This document shows positions 8,971-18,975 of a stretch of 64,000 nt of DNA, one piece after another. Location of the stretch: positions 38,036 through 102,035 of the forward strand of contig JBGVIB010000047.1 in assembly GCA_045122835.1 (NCBI GenBank). The letters are read 5' to 3'. A model generated the notes under the pieces. It was not told the DNA's origin and did no database searches. It saw only the letters and a list, made by a program, of their open reading frames with translations. This DNA is from Lachnospiraceae bacterium. GTDB taxonomy: Bacteria; Bacillota; Clostridia; Lachnospirales; Lachnospiraceae. Each line of letters opens with the position of its first letter. Position 1 is the first letter of the stretch. A program made the position numbers and the translations under genes.

Positions 8971-10596
8971 ATGGAGCAGTATACTGGTAAATCAATTTTT
9001 CGTAAAGTTACCATTGGAAAAATCTTTTTCTATGAAAAAAATCAGGCTGTTGTAAAAAGAGAAAAGGTTTCCGATGTGGAAGCGGAAGTAAAGCGCTTTG
9101 AGGAAGCAAAGAATGAAGCCCAAAGACAGCTTCAAGTGCTTTTTGAAAAAGCCCAGAAAGAAGTGGGAGAAGCAGAAGCTGCTATTTTTGAAGTACACAT
9201 GATGATGTTAGATGATGAGGATTATTGCGAGTCTATCTATAATATTATACGTGTACAGGAACTGACTGCAGAATATGCAGTTGCAAAGACGGGAGATAAT
9301 TTTTCTGCTATGTTCGGGGAAATGGATGATGATTACATGAAAGCCAGAGCTGCGGACGTAAAAGATATTTCAGAGCGTATTGTAAATGTGCTTACTGGTA
9401 ACAATAGTGATATGTCCGGGGTTTCTGAACCGGTGATTTTAGTAGCAGATGATTTGGCACCTAGTGAGACTGTACAGATGGATAAAACGAAACTGTTAGG
9501 CTTTGTGACACGTTTCGGTTCTTCTAATTCCCATACGGCAATTCTTGCCAGAACTATGAATATACCAGCATTGATAAATGTGGATATCAAAAAGGAATGG
9601 CATGGAAAACTGGCTGTACTGGATGGTTACGCCGGAACAGTAACCATTGACCCGGATGAAACAGTTTTAACAGAAGCTAAGAAAAAAGTAGAAGAAGATT
9701 CCAGAAGACAGGAGTTGTTAAAGGAATTAAAGAATCAGGAAACCGTTACCAAAGATGGTCAAAAAATACATCTGTATGCCAATATTGGAAGTGTTTCAGA
9801 CGCCGGTGCGGCCTTGCTTAATGGAGCAGAAGGTGTTGGCTTATTCCGAAGCGAGTTTTTGTATCTGGAATCCGATACATTTCCTACTGAAAACGAACAG
9901 TTTCTGGCGTATAAGACTGTAGCAGAAAATATGGCAGGCAAAAAAGTGATTATCCGAACCCTTGATATTGGAGCTGACAAGCAGGTGGATTATTTTAATC
10001 TTGATAAAGAAGAGAATCCTGCTATGGGATATCGAGCCATCCGTATCTGCCTGACGCAGAAAGAAATATTTAAGACACAGCTTCGGGCATTGCTTCGTGC
10101 CAGTGCATTTGGAAATATTTCCATTATGTTTCCAATGATTATTTCGCTTGACGAAGTAAGACAGGCAAAGGAAGTGTTAGCAGAAGCAAAGGAAGAACTT
10201 ACAGCAGAAGGAATTCCATACAAAGAAGTAGAAGTTGGTGTAATGATTGAAACACCGGCAGCTGTTATGATCAGTGAAGAACTGGCAAAAGAAGTTGATT
10301 TCTTCAGTATAGGTACTAATGATTTAACACAATATACCCTTGCCATTGACAGGCAGAATCCAAAGCTGGATGCATTTTACAATTCACACCATCCTGCCGT
10401 GTTACGTCTGATTCAGATGACAATTGAGAATGGACATAAAGGTGGTGCATGGGTTGGTATTTGTGGAGAATTAGGTGCTGACATCACATTAACAGAAGAG
10501 TTTCTTCGCATGGGTGTAGATGAATTATCGGTTTCACCTACATTTATTCTTCCTGTGAGAGAAAAGGTGAGAAGTCTTGATTTGTCAAAAAAATAA
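8971..10596 (+). CDS. ptsI: PTS Enzyme I (phosphoenolpyruvate-protein phosphotransferase)
   Basis: 541 aa. Phospho-His motif 'GSSNSHTAILAR', PEP-binding 'FFSIGTNDLTQY' and 'CGELG'. Confidence 0.95.
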   Translation: MEQYTGKSIFRKVTIGKIFFYEKNQAVVKREKVSDVEAEVKRFEEAKNEAQRQLQVLFEKAQKEVGEAEAAIFEVHMMMLDDEDYCESIYNIIRVQELTAEYAVAKTGDNFSAMFGEMDDDYMKARAADVKDISERIVNVLTGNNSDMSGVSEPVILVADDLAPSETVQMDKTKLLGFVTRFGSSNSHTAILARTMNIPALINVDIKKEWHGKLAVLDGYAGTVTIDPDETVLTEAKKKVEEDSRRQELLKELKNQETVTKDGQKIHLYANIGSVSDAGAALLNGAEGVGLFRSEFLYLESDTFPTENEQFLAYKTVAENMAGKKVIIRTLDIGADKQVDYFNLDKEENPAMGYRAIRICLTQKEIFKTQLRALLRASAFGNISIMFPMIISLDEVRQAKEVLAEAKEELTAEGIPYKEVEVGVMIETPAAVMISEELAKEVDFFSIGTNDLTQYTLAIDRQNPKLDAFYNSHHPAVLRLIQMTIENGHKGGAWVGICGELGADITLTEEFLRMGVDELSVSPTFILPVREKVRSLDLSKK

Positions 10597-10670
10597 GATT
10601 TTAAAAGCAAAAACGATATAGAAAGTATATGGTAAGGAAAACATATATTTTTATGAAAGGAAAGGAAACT

Positions 10671-12806
10671 ATGAAGGATAAAATTTTTGGAGTGTTACAG
10701 AGGGTAGGAAGATCCTTTATGCTCCCAATTGCAATTCTTCCGGTTGCTGGTCTTCTTTTAGGTTTAGGTGGCTCCTTAACAAATGAAACCATGCTAGAAA
10801 CCTATAACTTGTTAGGGTTAATGGGACCAGGGACAATTTTATATGCCATCTTTACGGTTATGAAAAATGCAGGTAATGTTGTATTTGATAATTTACCGAT
10901 TTTATTTGCCATGGGTGTTGCCATTGGTATGGCAAAGAAGGAAAAAGAAGTTGCTGCATTGTCAGCTGTGGTTGCATTCTTTATTATGCATGCATCTATC
11001 AGTGCCATGATTTCATTAAATGGCGGTGCAGAGGCATTGTTAGAGGGTGCTACTACATCTGTAGTTGGTATTGAATCCTTACAGATGGGTGTATTCGGCG
11101 GTATGATTGTAGGATTAGGTGTTGCAGCACTTCATAACCGGTTCTATAAGATTGAACTGCCACAGATGTTGTCATTCTTTGGTGGTACACGATTCGTACC
11201 AATCATTAGTGCATTAGTATATGTATGCGTTGGTATATTAATGTTCTTTGTATGGCCACCGGTTCAGGGAGTGATTTACAGCTTAGGTGATCTGGTATTA
11301 AAATCTGGTTATGCCGGAACATGGGTATATGGTTTCTTAGAAAGAGCCTTGATTCCATTTGGTCTGCATCATGTATTCTATCTTCCGTTCTGGCAGACAG
11401 GTCTTGGTGGTACTTTAGAGGTAGCAGGACAGGTTGTGGAAGGTGCACAAAATATTTTCTTTGCACAGTTAGCAGATCCATCTGTAGATCATTTTGCAGT
11501 ATCAGCAACCAGATTTATGTCCGGTAAATTCCCTCTGATGATTTTTGGTCTGCCGGGTGCAGCGTTAGCTATGTATCAGACAGCAAAGCCGGAAAAGAAG
11601 AAAGAAGTATCTGGACTTCTCCTTTCAGCAGCCCTTACTTCTATGCTTACCGGTATTACAGAGCCACTTGAATTTACATTCCTTTTTGTAGCACCTGCTT
11701 TGTACATTGTTCACTGTGTATTTGCCGGAGCTGCGTATATGCTGATGCATATTTTAAATGTTGGCGTTGGTATGACCTTCTCAGGTGGTGTGATTGATTT
11801 ATTCCTGTTTGGTATTTTACAAGGTAATGGTAAGACAAACTGGGTTATGGTTCCACTGGTAGGTATTGCGTACTTTGTAGTTTATTATTTCCTATTCAGC
11901 TTCCTGATTAAGAAGTTTGACTGGAAGACACCTGGTCGTGATGACAGCAGTGAAGTGAAACTTTATAAGAGAAGTGATTTTGAAGCAAAGAAAAACGGTA
12001 GCGACGGGGTCGCTGGTGCAGCCGATGAAATATCAAAGATGATCTGCCATGGTTTAGGTGGTAAGAAAAATATTTCAGACGTAGACTGCTGTGCAACCAG
12101 ACTTCGTTGTACTGTATACAAATCAGAGTTAGTACAGGATGATTTATTAAAAGCATCCGGTGCCTCCGGTGTGGTTCATAAAGGTAATGGTGTTCAGATT
12201 ATTTATGGACCAAAGGTAACTGTAATTAAGTCCAATTTAGAAGATTATTTAGAGACTGCTCCGAATGAGGAATATACTCAGACAGCGTCTGCAGAAGAGA
12301 AGAAAGAAGAGGCTGTAAAGCCTGTAGGCAAAAAAGTAGCAGACACCATTATAATTGGCAGCCCGATTACCGGTGAAGCCATGGATCTTTCCAAGGTTCC
12401 GGATGAAGGATTTGCAGGAAAAATGATGGGAGACGGCGCTGCGGTAGAGCCAAAGGCAGCTGAGATAAAAGCTCCTGCAGATGGCGAAGTTACCTTTGTA
12501 TTCCCAACTAAGCATGCTCTGGGATTCCAGACAAAGAGCGGAATTGCAATGCTAATCCATGTAGGAATTGATACCGTAAGATTAGAAGGAAAAGGCTTTG
12601 AAGTTCTTGTTGATGACGGACAGGAAGTGAAAAAAGGTGATGTGCTGATGAAGATTGACATTTCATATCTGAAAGAGCATGCACCATCAGTAGTAACACC
12701 GATTCTCTGTACTGAATTGGAGGATAATCAGAAAATCCGCCTGTTGCATGAAGGAGACATTAAAGCTGGTGATGATTTGTTTGCAATTGATGTTTACGAG
12801 GAATAA
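10671..12806 (+). CDS. PTS glucose-family EIICBA permease
   Basis: N-terminal 'FGVLQRVGRSFMLPIAILPVAGLLLG' EIIC(Glc). EIIB 'DCCATRLRC'. C-terminal EIIA(Glc) 'IHVGIDTV'. Start at ATG 10671. Confidence 0.9.
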   Translation: MKDKIFGVLQRVGRSFMLPIAILPVAGLLLGLGGSLTNETMLETYNLLGLMGPGTILYAIFTVMKNAGNVVFDNLPILFAMGVAIGMAKKEKEVAALSAVVAFFIMHASISAMISLNGGAEALLEGATTSVVGIESLQMGVFGGMIVGLGVAALHNRFYKIELPQMLSFFGGTRFVPIISALVYVCVGILMFFVWPPVQGVIYSLGDLVLKSGYAGTWVYGFLERALIPFGLHHVFYLPFWQTGLGGTLEVAGQVVEGAQNIFFAQLADPSVDHFAVSATRFMSGKFPLMIFGLPGAALAMYQTAKPEKKKEVSGLLLSAALTSMLTGITEPLEFTFLFVAPALYIVHCVFAGAAYMLMHILNVGVGMTFSGGVIDLFLFGILQGNGKTNWVMVPLVGIAYFVVYYFLFSFLIKKFDWKTPGRDDSSEVKLYKRSDFEAKKNGSDGVAGAADEISKMICHGLGGKKNISDVDCCATRLRCTVYKSELVQDDLLKASGASGVVHKGNGVQIIYGPKVTVIKSNLEDYLETAPNEEYTQTASAEEKKEEAVKPVGKKVADTIIIGSPITGEAMDLSKVPDEGFAGKMMGDGAAVEPKAAEIKAPADGEVTFVFPTKHALGFQTKSGIAMLIHVGIDTVRLEGKGFEVLVDDGQEVKKGDVLMKIDISYLKEHAPSVVTPILCTELEDNQKIRLLHEGDIKAGDDLFAIDVYEE

Positions 12807-12815
12807 AAAGAGCAC

Positions 12816-12844
12816 TTGACAGAAATTAAAATCTGGAGTATATT
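12816..12844 (+). promoter_or_regulatory. Sigma-A-type promoter of the thrS leader
   Basis: TTGACA (12816-12821), 17-nt spacer, TATATT (12839-12844). Confidence 0.6.
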
Positions 12845-12849
12845 TTTAT

Positions 12850-13119
12850 AGTGTAATAAGAAAAATGCGTGGAAGAGAATAGTACATGTAAGGAATTTCA
12901 CAGAGAGGGATGCAGGAACGATTCTGTTCACGGTGGAAGCATCCTGTTAGGAATTATATGGAAGACCATCTCGGAGCGGCTTTAATACAGTCCGGTTTGA
13001 TACCGTTATCATCTTTGAGGTTTTCATGTAGCTATTGTTATATGAGAATGAATGTGGGTGGAACCACGGATTTGATAATTCGTCCCTAATTGTAAGTGAT
13101 TGCAATTAGGGATTTTTTT
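12850..13119 (+). promoter_or_regulatory. T-box riboswitch leader, Thr (ACC) specifier, with terminator
   Basis: Stem I elements AGAGA / GGTGGAA. Candidate specifier 'GAAG-ACC-A' around 12964-12972. T-box core AATGTGGGTGGAACCACGG (13051-13069). Terminator TCCCTAATTG..CAATTAGGGA plus T7 (13083-13119). Confidence 0.85.
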
Positions 13120-13152
13120 ATTCACTTTAACCAAACGAAAGGAAGTAAGAAC

Positions 13153-15114
13153 ATGAAAGTTACATTAAAAGATGGTTCCGTTAAGGAATACGCACAGTCC
13201 ATTTCAGTGATTGACATTGCAAAGGACATCAGCGAAGGATTAGCACGTGTGGCATGTGCCGGAGAAGTAAATGGCGAGGTAGTAGATTTACGAACAGTAA
13301 TTGATACAGATTGTAATCTAAATATTTTAACAGCAAATGATCCGGCAGGTTTGGCAGCGTACCGTCATACTGCTTCCCATGTATTAGCAGAGGCGGTAAA
13401 GCGTATTCGCCCGGATGCAAAGCTTGCAATTGGACCGTCTATTGATACAGGATTTTATTATGATTTCGATAGTGAATCCTTTACAAGGGAAGATTTAGAC
13501 GCTATTGAAAAAGAAATGAAGAAGATTATCAAGGAAGGAAAGGCCATTGAACGTTTCACCCTAAAAAGAGAAGAAGCTATTAAGTTCATGGAAGAAAAGG
13601 GCGAACCATACAAAGTAGAGCTGATTCAGGATTTACCGGAAGATGCAGAGATTTCTTTCTACAGCCAGGGCGAATTTACTGACCTTTGTGCAGGCCCACA
13701 CTTAATGTCAACAAAGCCAATTAAGGCATTTAAATTAATTTCTTCTTCAGGTGCTTACTGGAGAGGTAATGAAAAGAATAAAATGTTATCTCGTATTTAT
13801 GGTACTGCATACACAAAGAAAGAAGAACTAGAAGAATATTTAGCGTACTTAGAAGACATCAAAAAGCGTGACCATAACAAATTAGGCCGTGAAATGGAAT
13901 TATTCACAACAGTTGATGTAATTGGACAGGGCTTACCACTTCTGATGCCAAAGGGTGCAAAGATGATTCAGACCTTGCAGAGATGGATTGAAGACGAAGA
14001 AGAAAAGAGAGGCTATGTTAGAACAAAGACACCATTAATGGCTAAGAGCGATTTATATAAGATTTCCGGACACTGGGATCATTACAAGGATGGCATGTTT
14101 GTTATGGGTGATGAGGAGAAAGACAAGGAAGTATTTGCGCTTCGTCCGATGACATGTCCATTCCAGTACTATGTCTATAAAGCAAGTCAGAAATCCTACC
14201 GGGATTTGCCAATTCGCTACGGTGAGACATCTACTTTGTTCCGTCAGGAGGATTCCGGTGAAATGCATGGTTTGACCAGAGTACGTCAGTTTACGATTTC
14301 AGAAGGACATCTGATTGTAAGACCGGACCAGATGGATGAAGAATTTAAAGGCTGTCTTGATCTGGCAAGATATTGTATGAGAACATTAGGTGTAGAGGAA
14401 GATGTGACATACCGCTTGTCAAAATGGGATCCGGAAGATTCAGAGAAATACATTGGTTCCGCAGAAGTATGGAATGAAACAGAGCAGAGAATCCGCGATG
14501 TATTAAATGAACTGGGAATTCCATTTACAGAGGCAGTAGGAGAAGCTGCTTTCTATGGACCTAAGGTAGATATTCAGGCGAAGAATGTATATGGTAAGGA
14601 AGATACGATTATTACCATACAGTGGGATGCGTTATTAGCAGAACAGTTTGATATGTATTATGTAGATCAGAATGGTGAAAAAGTACGTCCATATATCATT
14701 CACAGAACCAGTATGGGATGTTATGAGAGAACATTGGCATGGTTAATTGAAAAATATGCCGGAATGTTCCCAACCTGGTTATGTCCGGAGCAGGTTCGCG
14801 TACTTCCAATTTCTGAGAAGTACAGCGATTATGCAGCAAAAGTTGAAGCAGAACTAAAAGCAAACGGTATTTTAGCAACAACAGACAACCGCTCTGAGAA
14901 AATTGGTTACAAGATTCGTGAAGCACGTCTGAATAAAGTACCATATATGTTAGTAGTTGGCCAGAAGGAAGAGGAAGAAGGCGTTGTTTCTGTAAGAAGC
15001 CGTTTCTTAGGTGATGAAGGACAGAAACCATTAGCAGACTTTATTGATGCGATCTGTAAGGAAATCCGCACAAAGGAAATCCGTAAGATTGAGGTAACGG
15101 AAGAAAGTAAATAG
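13153..15114 (+). CDS. thrS: Threonine-tRNA ligase
   Basis: TGS N-terminal domain (MKVTLKDGSVKEY), class II motifs and C-terminal anticodon-binding domain. Start at ATG 13153 downstream of the T-box terminator. Confidence 0.95.
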   Translation: MKVTLKDGSVKEYAQSISVIDIAKDISEGLARVACAGEVNGEVVDLRTVIDTDCNLNILTANDPAGLAAYRHTASHVLAEAVKRIRPDAKLAIGPSIDTGFYYDFDSESFTREDLDAIEKEMKKIIKEGKAIERFTLKREEAIKFMEEKGEPYKVELIQDLPEDAEISFYSQGEFTDLCAGPHLMSTKPIKAFKLISSSGAYWRGNEKNKMLSRIYGTAYTKKEELEEYLAYLEDIKKRDHNKLGREMELFTTVDVIGQGLPLLMPKGAKMIQTLQRWIEDEEEKRGYVRTKTPLMAKSDLYKISGHWDHYKDGMFVMGDEEKDKEVFALRPMTCPFQYYVYKASQKSYRDLPIRYGETSTLFRQEDSGEMHGLTRVRQFTISEGHLIVRPDQMDEEFKGCLDLARYCMRTLGVEEDVTYRLSKWDPEDSEKYIGSAEVWNETEQRIRDVLNELGIPFTEAVGEAAFYGPKVDIQAKNVYGKEDTIITIQWDALLAEQFDMYYVDQNGEKVRPYIIHRTSMGCYERTLAWLIEKYAGMFPTWLCPEQVRVLPISEKYSDYAAKVEAELKANGILATTDNRSEKIGYKIREARLNKVPYMLVVGQKEEEEGVVSVRSRFLGDEGQKPLADFIDAICKEIRTKEIRKIEVTEESK

Positions 15115-15152
15115 TTGAAAATGAACAGTATGGAGCTGTTATGTTAAAATAG

Positions 15153-15211
15153 AACAATCCAGGCTATAGCAAATTTTTAGAAACGATTATGCTATTGCCT
15201 GGATTGTTTTT
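15153..15211 (+). terminator. Rho-independent terminator of thrS
   Basis: 18-bp stem AACAATCCAGGCTATAGC / GCTATTGCCTGGATTGTT followed by a T-run. Confidence 0.8.
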
Positions 15212-15390
15212 CGTGGTGTGACAGCTCTTTTGTCGAGAAAACGGGAAATATTTTAGATTTTTTCGACAATTTTCCTCTTGTTGAAAAAGAAAGATTACAG
15301 TAACATATTGTAATATGAAATTGATGAAAAGAGATGGGATAATGTTCCATTTGATTGTAAAGCCGCAGAAACGGCAGATTGAGAGGAATT

Positions 15391-16650
15391 ATGAAAAACG
15401 ATGAGAAATATTGTGTTGCTTTTAAAAATGCATGGGGTAAGACTGCCTTTGAAATTGGTCTGAAAGGTTATGGGATTGCTGATATGTATCGAATGGGTAT
15501 ACCAGTTCCGGATGGTTTCGTGATAAATACTTCCTTATGCCAAAATTATTTTAGAAGATCGAAAGAATACAGAAAGGAAATATTAAAACAAGCATTTGCT
15601 GAGATAGACAGAGAACTGCAGCAATTAGAAGAAAGAACAGGAAAAAGATTATCTGGATCAGATAATTGTCTGATATTGTCGGTTCGTTCTGGTGCAGCAG
15701 TATCCATGCCGGGGGTTCTGGCTACATATTGTAATATCACAAATAGAGAAGAACTGGCTGTTTGTATTGAAAAAGTGCTGCAATCATGGGACAGTGAGAG
15801 AGCAAAAATGTTTCGTGAGCAATCTGCTGTTCCGGAAGATTATGGAACAGCGGTAATCATTCAACAGATGGTAAATGGGATGGAATCAGTAATGTCTGGT
15901 ACAGGCGTTTGTTGTACAAGAAATCCATCTAGTGGGAAAAATGAATTATTTGGCGAGTTTCTTTTTGTGGCACAAGGGGAGCAGCTTGTTGGTGGCAAAA
16001 CCATACCTTATGGATTGCCGGAAATGAAAAAGCAATTTCCAGCGCAGTACGAAGAACTTACGCGCTATGCAAAACTTCTTGAAAATCATTATCAAAGTGT
16101 ACAGGAAATAGAATTTACCATTGAGGATGGGAAACTTTACATCTTACAGACCAGAAAGGCAAGATGCAGCCAGTATGCCCAGATGATGTGGAACAATGAT
16201 AGTAAATCAACGTGTGAAAAAGAAATGCCTCTGGGGTATTCAAAATGCATTAATAAAGAAAATTATAAGTTGCTCGGTGAAGGGATACCCCTTGGGATTG
16301 GAGATATTTATGGCAGAGTAGCTTATACACTAGAAGATGTAAATAAATGGAAGGAAGCAGGGGAAAACGTAATATACATATGCGAAGATTTATCAATTGA
16401 GCATATGGAGGCTTTTTTTAAGGCAGATGGTATTGTTTCGGCTTCTGGTGGTGTTACTTCCCATGCTGCCAGCCTTGCATTAGGGGCAGGAAAACGGTGT
16501 ATCACAGCATTCCGGTTACAAAATAATGCTGACAGTATATGTGTAAATGAAAAAGTTATAGCAGAGGGGACAAGCATCACCCTTGATATGGAGAATGGCA
16601 GGATATATGACGGAATGTTGTCAATGAGTCAGAAAAAATGTCTAAATTAA
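15391..16650 (+). CDS. Truncated pyruvate-phosphate-dikinase-like protein (ATP-grasp nucleotide-binding domain plus phospho-His swivel domain; no PEP/pyruvate TIM-barrel domain)
   Basis: PPDK N-terminal motifs LSVRSGAAVSMPG, GTAVIIQQMV, SGTGVCCTRNPSSG and EFTIEDGKLYILQTR, plus the swivel-His motif GGVTSHAAS. The protein ends about 45 aa later. GAGAGGA RBS before ATG 15391. Confidence 0.85.
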   Translation: MKNDEKYCVAFKNAWGKTAFEIGLKGYGIADMYRMGIPVPDGFVINTSLCQNYFRRSKEYRKEILKQAFAEIDRELQQLEERTGKRLSGSDNCLILSVRSGAAVSMPGVLATYCNITNREELAVCIEKVLQSWDSERAKMFREQSAVPEDYGTAVIIQQMVNGMESVMSGTGVCCTRNPSSGKNELFGEFLFVAQGEQLVGGKTIPYGLPEMKKQFPAQYEELTRYAKLLENHYQSVQEIEFTIEDGKLYILQTRKARCSQYAQMMWNNDSKSTCEKEMPLGYSKCINKENYKLLGEGIPLGIGDIYGRVAYTLEDVNKWKEAGENVIYICEDLSIEHMEAFFKADGIVSASGGVTSHAASLALGAGKRCITAFRLQNNADSICVNEKVIAEGTSITLDMENGRIYDGMLSMSQKKCLN

Positions 16651-16668
16651 CCTATATATAATAAGCTA

Positions 16669-16697
16669 TTGACTTTTTTGTGCGAAAATTGTATAAT
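16669..16697 (+). promoter_or_regulatory. Sigma-A-type promoter upstream of chemoreceptor gene
   Basis: TTGACT (16669-16674), 17-nt spacer, TATAAT (16692-16697). Confidence 0.6.
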
Positions 16698-16768
16698 TTT
16701 TATAAACTATGACACAATGGGGGGAAAATCAGTGTTAAAATTACACAAAGGTTTGAGGAGGGGGTCCT

Positions 16769-18637
16769 ATGTTAAAACAGAAGGAAACAAAAAAGTCAAG
16801 GGTTAAAGAGAAGGCTAAAACAAAGGAAAAAGCATCTCGTGAAAAAGATAAAGTAACAAAAGGCAAAACGACAAAAATAAAAAAAGATAAGAACATAAAT
16901 AAGAAAGAACAAAAAAATAGAAATAAAAAGAAAAAAAATGCAGGATTAATTGTTAAAATTCTTGCAATGTCGATTATTCCTGTGCTTGCATTAGGCATTA
17001 TACTTGCTGCGTATTCTAATAATATTTTGACTAATTCGTTAGAGAACAGAGTGGAAGAAGAATTGACCAATTCAGCAATTGCTCTGGAAAAAATGTACAG
17101 TGAGGGTATTACCGGAAGTTATCTTCAGAGTCCTAATGGAGATGTATATAAGGGTATGACAAAAATCACTGGAAATACTACAATGATTGATAGCTTTAAG
17201 GAGCGTACAGGGATTGATTGTACAATTATTTTCAATGATACCAGAGTAGCGACAACTGTGGAGAATGCATCAGGAGAACGAATAACCGGAACGACAGTGA
17301 GTGCAGAACTTGTAGAGACTGTTGTTACTAATGGAGAAGATTATTTCGGTAATGATATTGTTATTGATGGAGAACATTATTATGGCGCCTACATTCCATT
17401 AGTAGAATCTACAGGGAATGCAAAAGGTATGATGTTCTGTGGTATTAAGAGTGAGTCTGTTCACAATCTGGTATACAGCGAAACTGTTAAAATCTTTATG
17501 GTAGCAATTGTTGTTATGGTAATTGCAGTAGTTGTTTCTATCGTGATTGGACAAAGAATGGTTAAATCATTAAACAACTCTATGATAGTATTAGAAAAAG
17601 TATCAAAAGGTGATTTGACAATACCTTCTAATATGAAACGTATGACAAGACAAGATGAAATCGGAGAAATATTCCGATACGTTGAGAAGCTGAGAGAAGA
17701 ACTTAAGGGAATCATAGGTAATATACAGAATGCAGTTGGTCGCTTATCAAAAGCTTCTTTAGCATTAGAATCCACAACAAATACAACAAGACATAACACA
17801 GAAGAATTGACATATGCCATTGAAGAAATTGCTAAGGGTGCAAGTATGCTTGCTGACGAAACAGAAACAGCAACTGAAAGCATTGAGAAAATAGGTGAAA
17901 TGATCAAGCATATTGTTGGAGATGTATCTGGCTTGACGCGAAATGCGAAGCAAATGGATGCGGCAGGTAATGAGGCTGCACATATTATAGGAGAGTTAAA
18001 CGCATCGAATGATAAAACAATTGAAGCAATAAATCGTATTGCAGAGCAAACAAAGACAACAAATGATTCTGCACAACAGATTCGCCAGGCTGTAAATTTT
18101 ATCAGTTCTATTGCAGAGGAAACCAATTTATTGTCTTTGAATGCATCTATTGAAGCAGCTAGAGCTGGTGAAGCAGGCAAAGGATTTGCGGTAGTAGCAA
18201 ATCAAATTCAGAAGCTGGCAGAGCAATCTAATGAATCGGCTTCTAGAATTGAAGATATCATCACTGTTTTACTGGAGGATTCTAGAAGAACAGTAGCGAC
18301 AATGGATGAGGTGTTACAGATTGTTGCGGAACAACAGGATAAATTAGAGCAAACCAGAGATAAGTTCCTGGATGTGAGCAATGGTATTACAACTTCTTTA
18401 AAAGCAATTGATGGTATTAGTAATCGTACGCAAACGCTTGATGAATCCAGAGCTAGTATAGTAGACGTAGTAGCTAATCTTTCTGCAGTATCAGAAGAAA
18501 ATGCTGCTTCCACAGAAGAAACAAACGCTTCTGCGGAAGAACTAAATTCAACAGTTATTGAACTGGCAGATGCTGCAAAGGAGTTAAAGAGCATTGCCGA
18601 TATTTTACAGAAAGATATTGAATTCTTTAATATTTAA
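16769..18637 (+). CDS. Methyl-accepting chemotaxis protein (Cache-type sensor, HAMP, MCP signalling domain) with Lys-rich N-terminal tail
   Basis: TM-periplasmic-TM-HAMP layout. Highly conserved signalling hairpin '[24 protein letters not shown]'. AGGAGGGGG RBS. Confidence 0.9.
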   Translation: MLKQKETKKSRVKEKAKTKEKASREKDKVTKGKTTKIKKDKNINKKEQKNRNKKKKNAGLIVKILAMSIIPVLALGIILAAYSNNILTNSLENRVEEELTNSAIALEKMYSEGITGSYLQSPNGDVYKGMTKITGNTTMIDSFKERTGIDCTIIFNDTRVATTVENASGERITGTTVSAELVETVVTNGEDYFGNDIVIDGEHYYGAYIPLVESTGNAKGMMFCGIKSESVHNLVYSETVKIFMVAIVVMVIAVVVSIVIGQRMVKSLNNSMIVLEKVSKGDLTIPSNMKRMTRQDEIGEIFRYVEKLREELKGIIGNIQNAVGRLSKASLALESTTNTTRHNTEELTYAIEEIAKGASMLADETETATESIEKIGEMIKHIVGDVSGLTRNAKQMDAAGNEAAHIIGELNASNDKTIEAINRIAEQTKTTNDSAQQIRQAVNFISSIAEETNLLSLNASIEAARAGEAGKGFAVVANQIQKLAEQSNESASRIEDIITVLLEDSRRTVATMDEVLQIVAEQQDKLEQTRDKFLDVSNGITTSLKAIDGISNRTQTLDESRASIVDVVANLSAVSEENAASTEETNASAEELNSTVIELADAAKELKSIADILQKDIEFFNI

Positions 18638-18654
18638 AAGTTTAAAAGCAAATT

Positions 18655-18710
18655 AAAATGCTGAAACGGTTTTATTTTTTTCCGAAACGAAACAGTTTCA
18701 GCATTTTTTC
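18655..18710 (+). terminator. Terminator hairpin after the MCP gene (overlaps the 3' end of a convergent gene)
   Basis: AAAATGCTGAAAC ... GTTTCAGCATTTT followed by a T-run. Confidence 0.55.
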
Positions 18711-18944
18711 TGTTTTCTCCGCTTCGGCAGGTGTTTGTTGTTCTTTGAGGATTTCAATTAATAAAGATGTTTCATCCTCTGTAAAAGATAGTCCTTGCTT
18801 TTTGGCAGCCTGTATTGCAGCCATTATCATTGGGAATAATTCTTTTGGTGATTGTCCCTGTATATTAGCAGTGAGCGTCTCTAAAATGGATAATTTCTTT
18901 TTGTCCATATTTGCAATACGAGGATCATTTTTCCAATCTTTCAT
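18672..18944 (-). CDS. Hypothetical small protein (90 aa)
   Basis: Intact ORF with a GGAGG RBS. Apparently co-oriented and co-transcribed with 18976-19410. No family recognised. Confidence 0.6.
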   Translation of the reverse strand: MKDWKNDPRIANMDKKKLSILETLTANIQGQSPKELFPMIMAAIQAAKKQGLSFTEDETSLLIEILKEQQTPAEAEKTEKMLKLFRFGKK

Positions 18945-18975
18945 TTATTACCTCCAACTTTCTGAATTGATAGTT

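Noticed and set aside
17461-18180. 239-aa antisense ORF inside the chemoreceptor gene. Similar ORFs occur at 18208-18594, at 46937-47569 in the second MCP, at 40449-40928 in murA and at 50091-50522 in the LeuD-type gene.
   Set aside because: These are Ala/Ser/Ile-rich shadow frames of strongly supported sense genes. They have no RBS and low-complexity composition. Such frames are typical of the codon-biased coiled-coil regions of MCPs.
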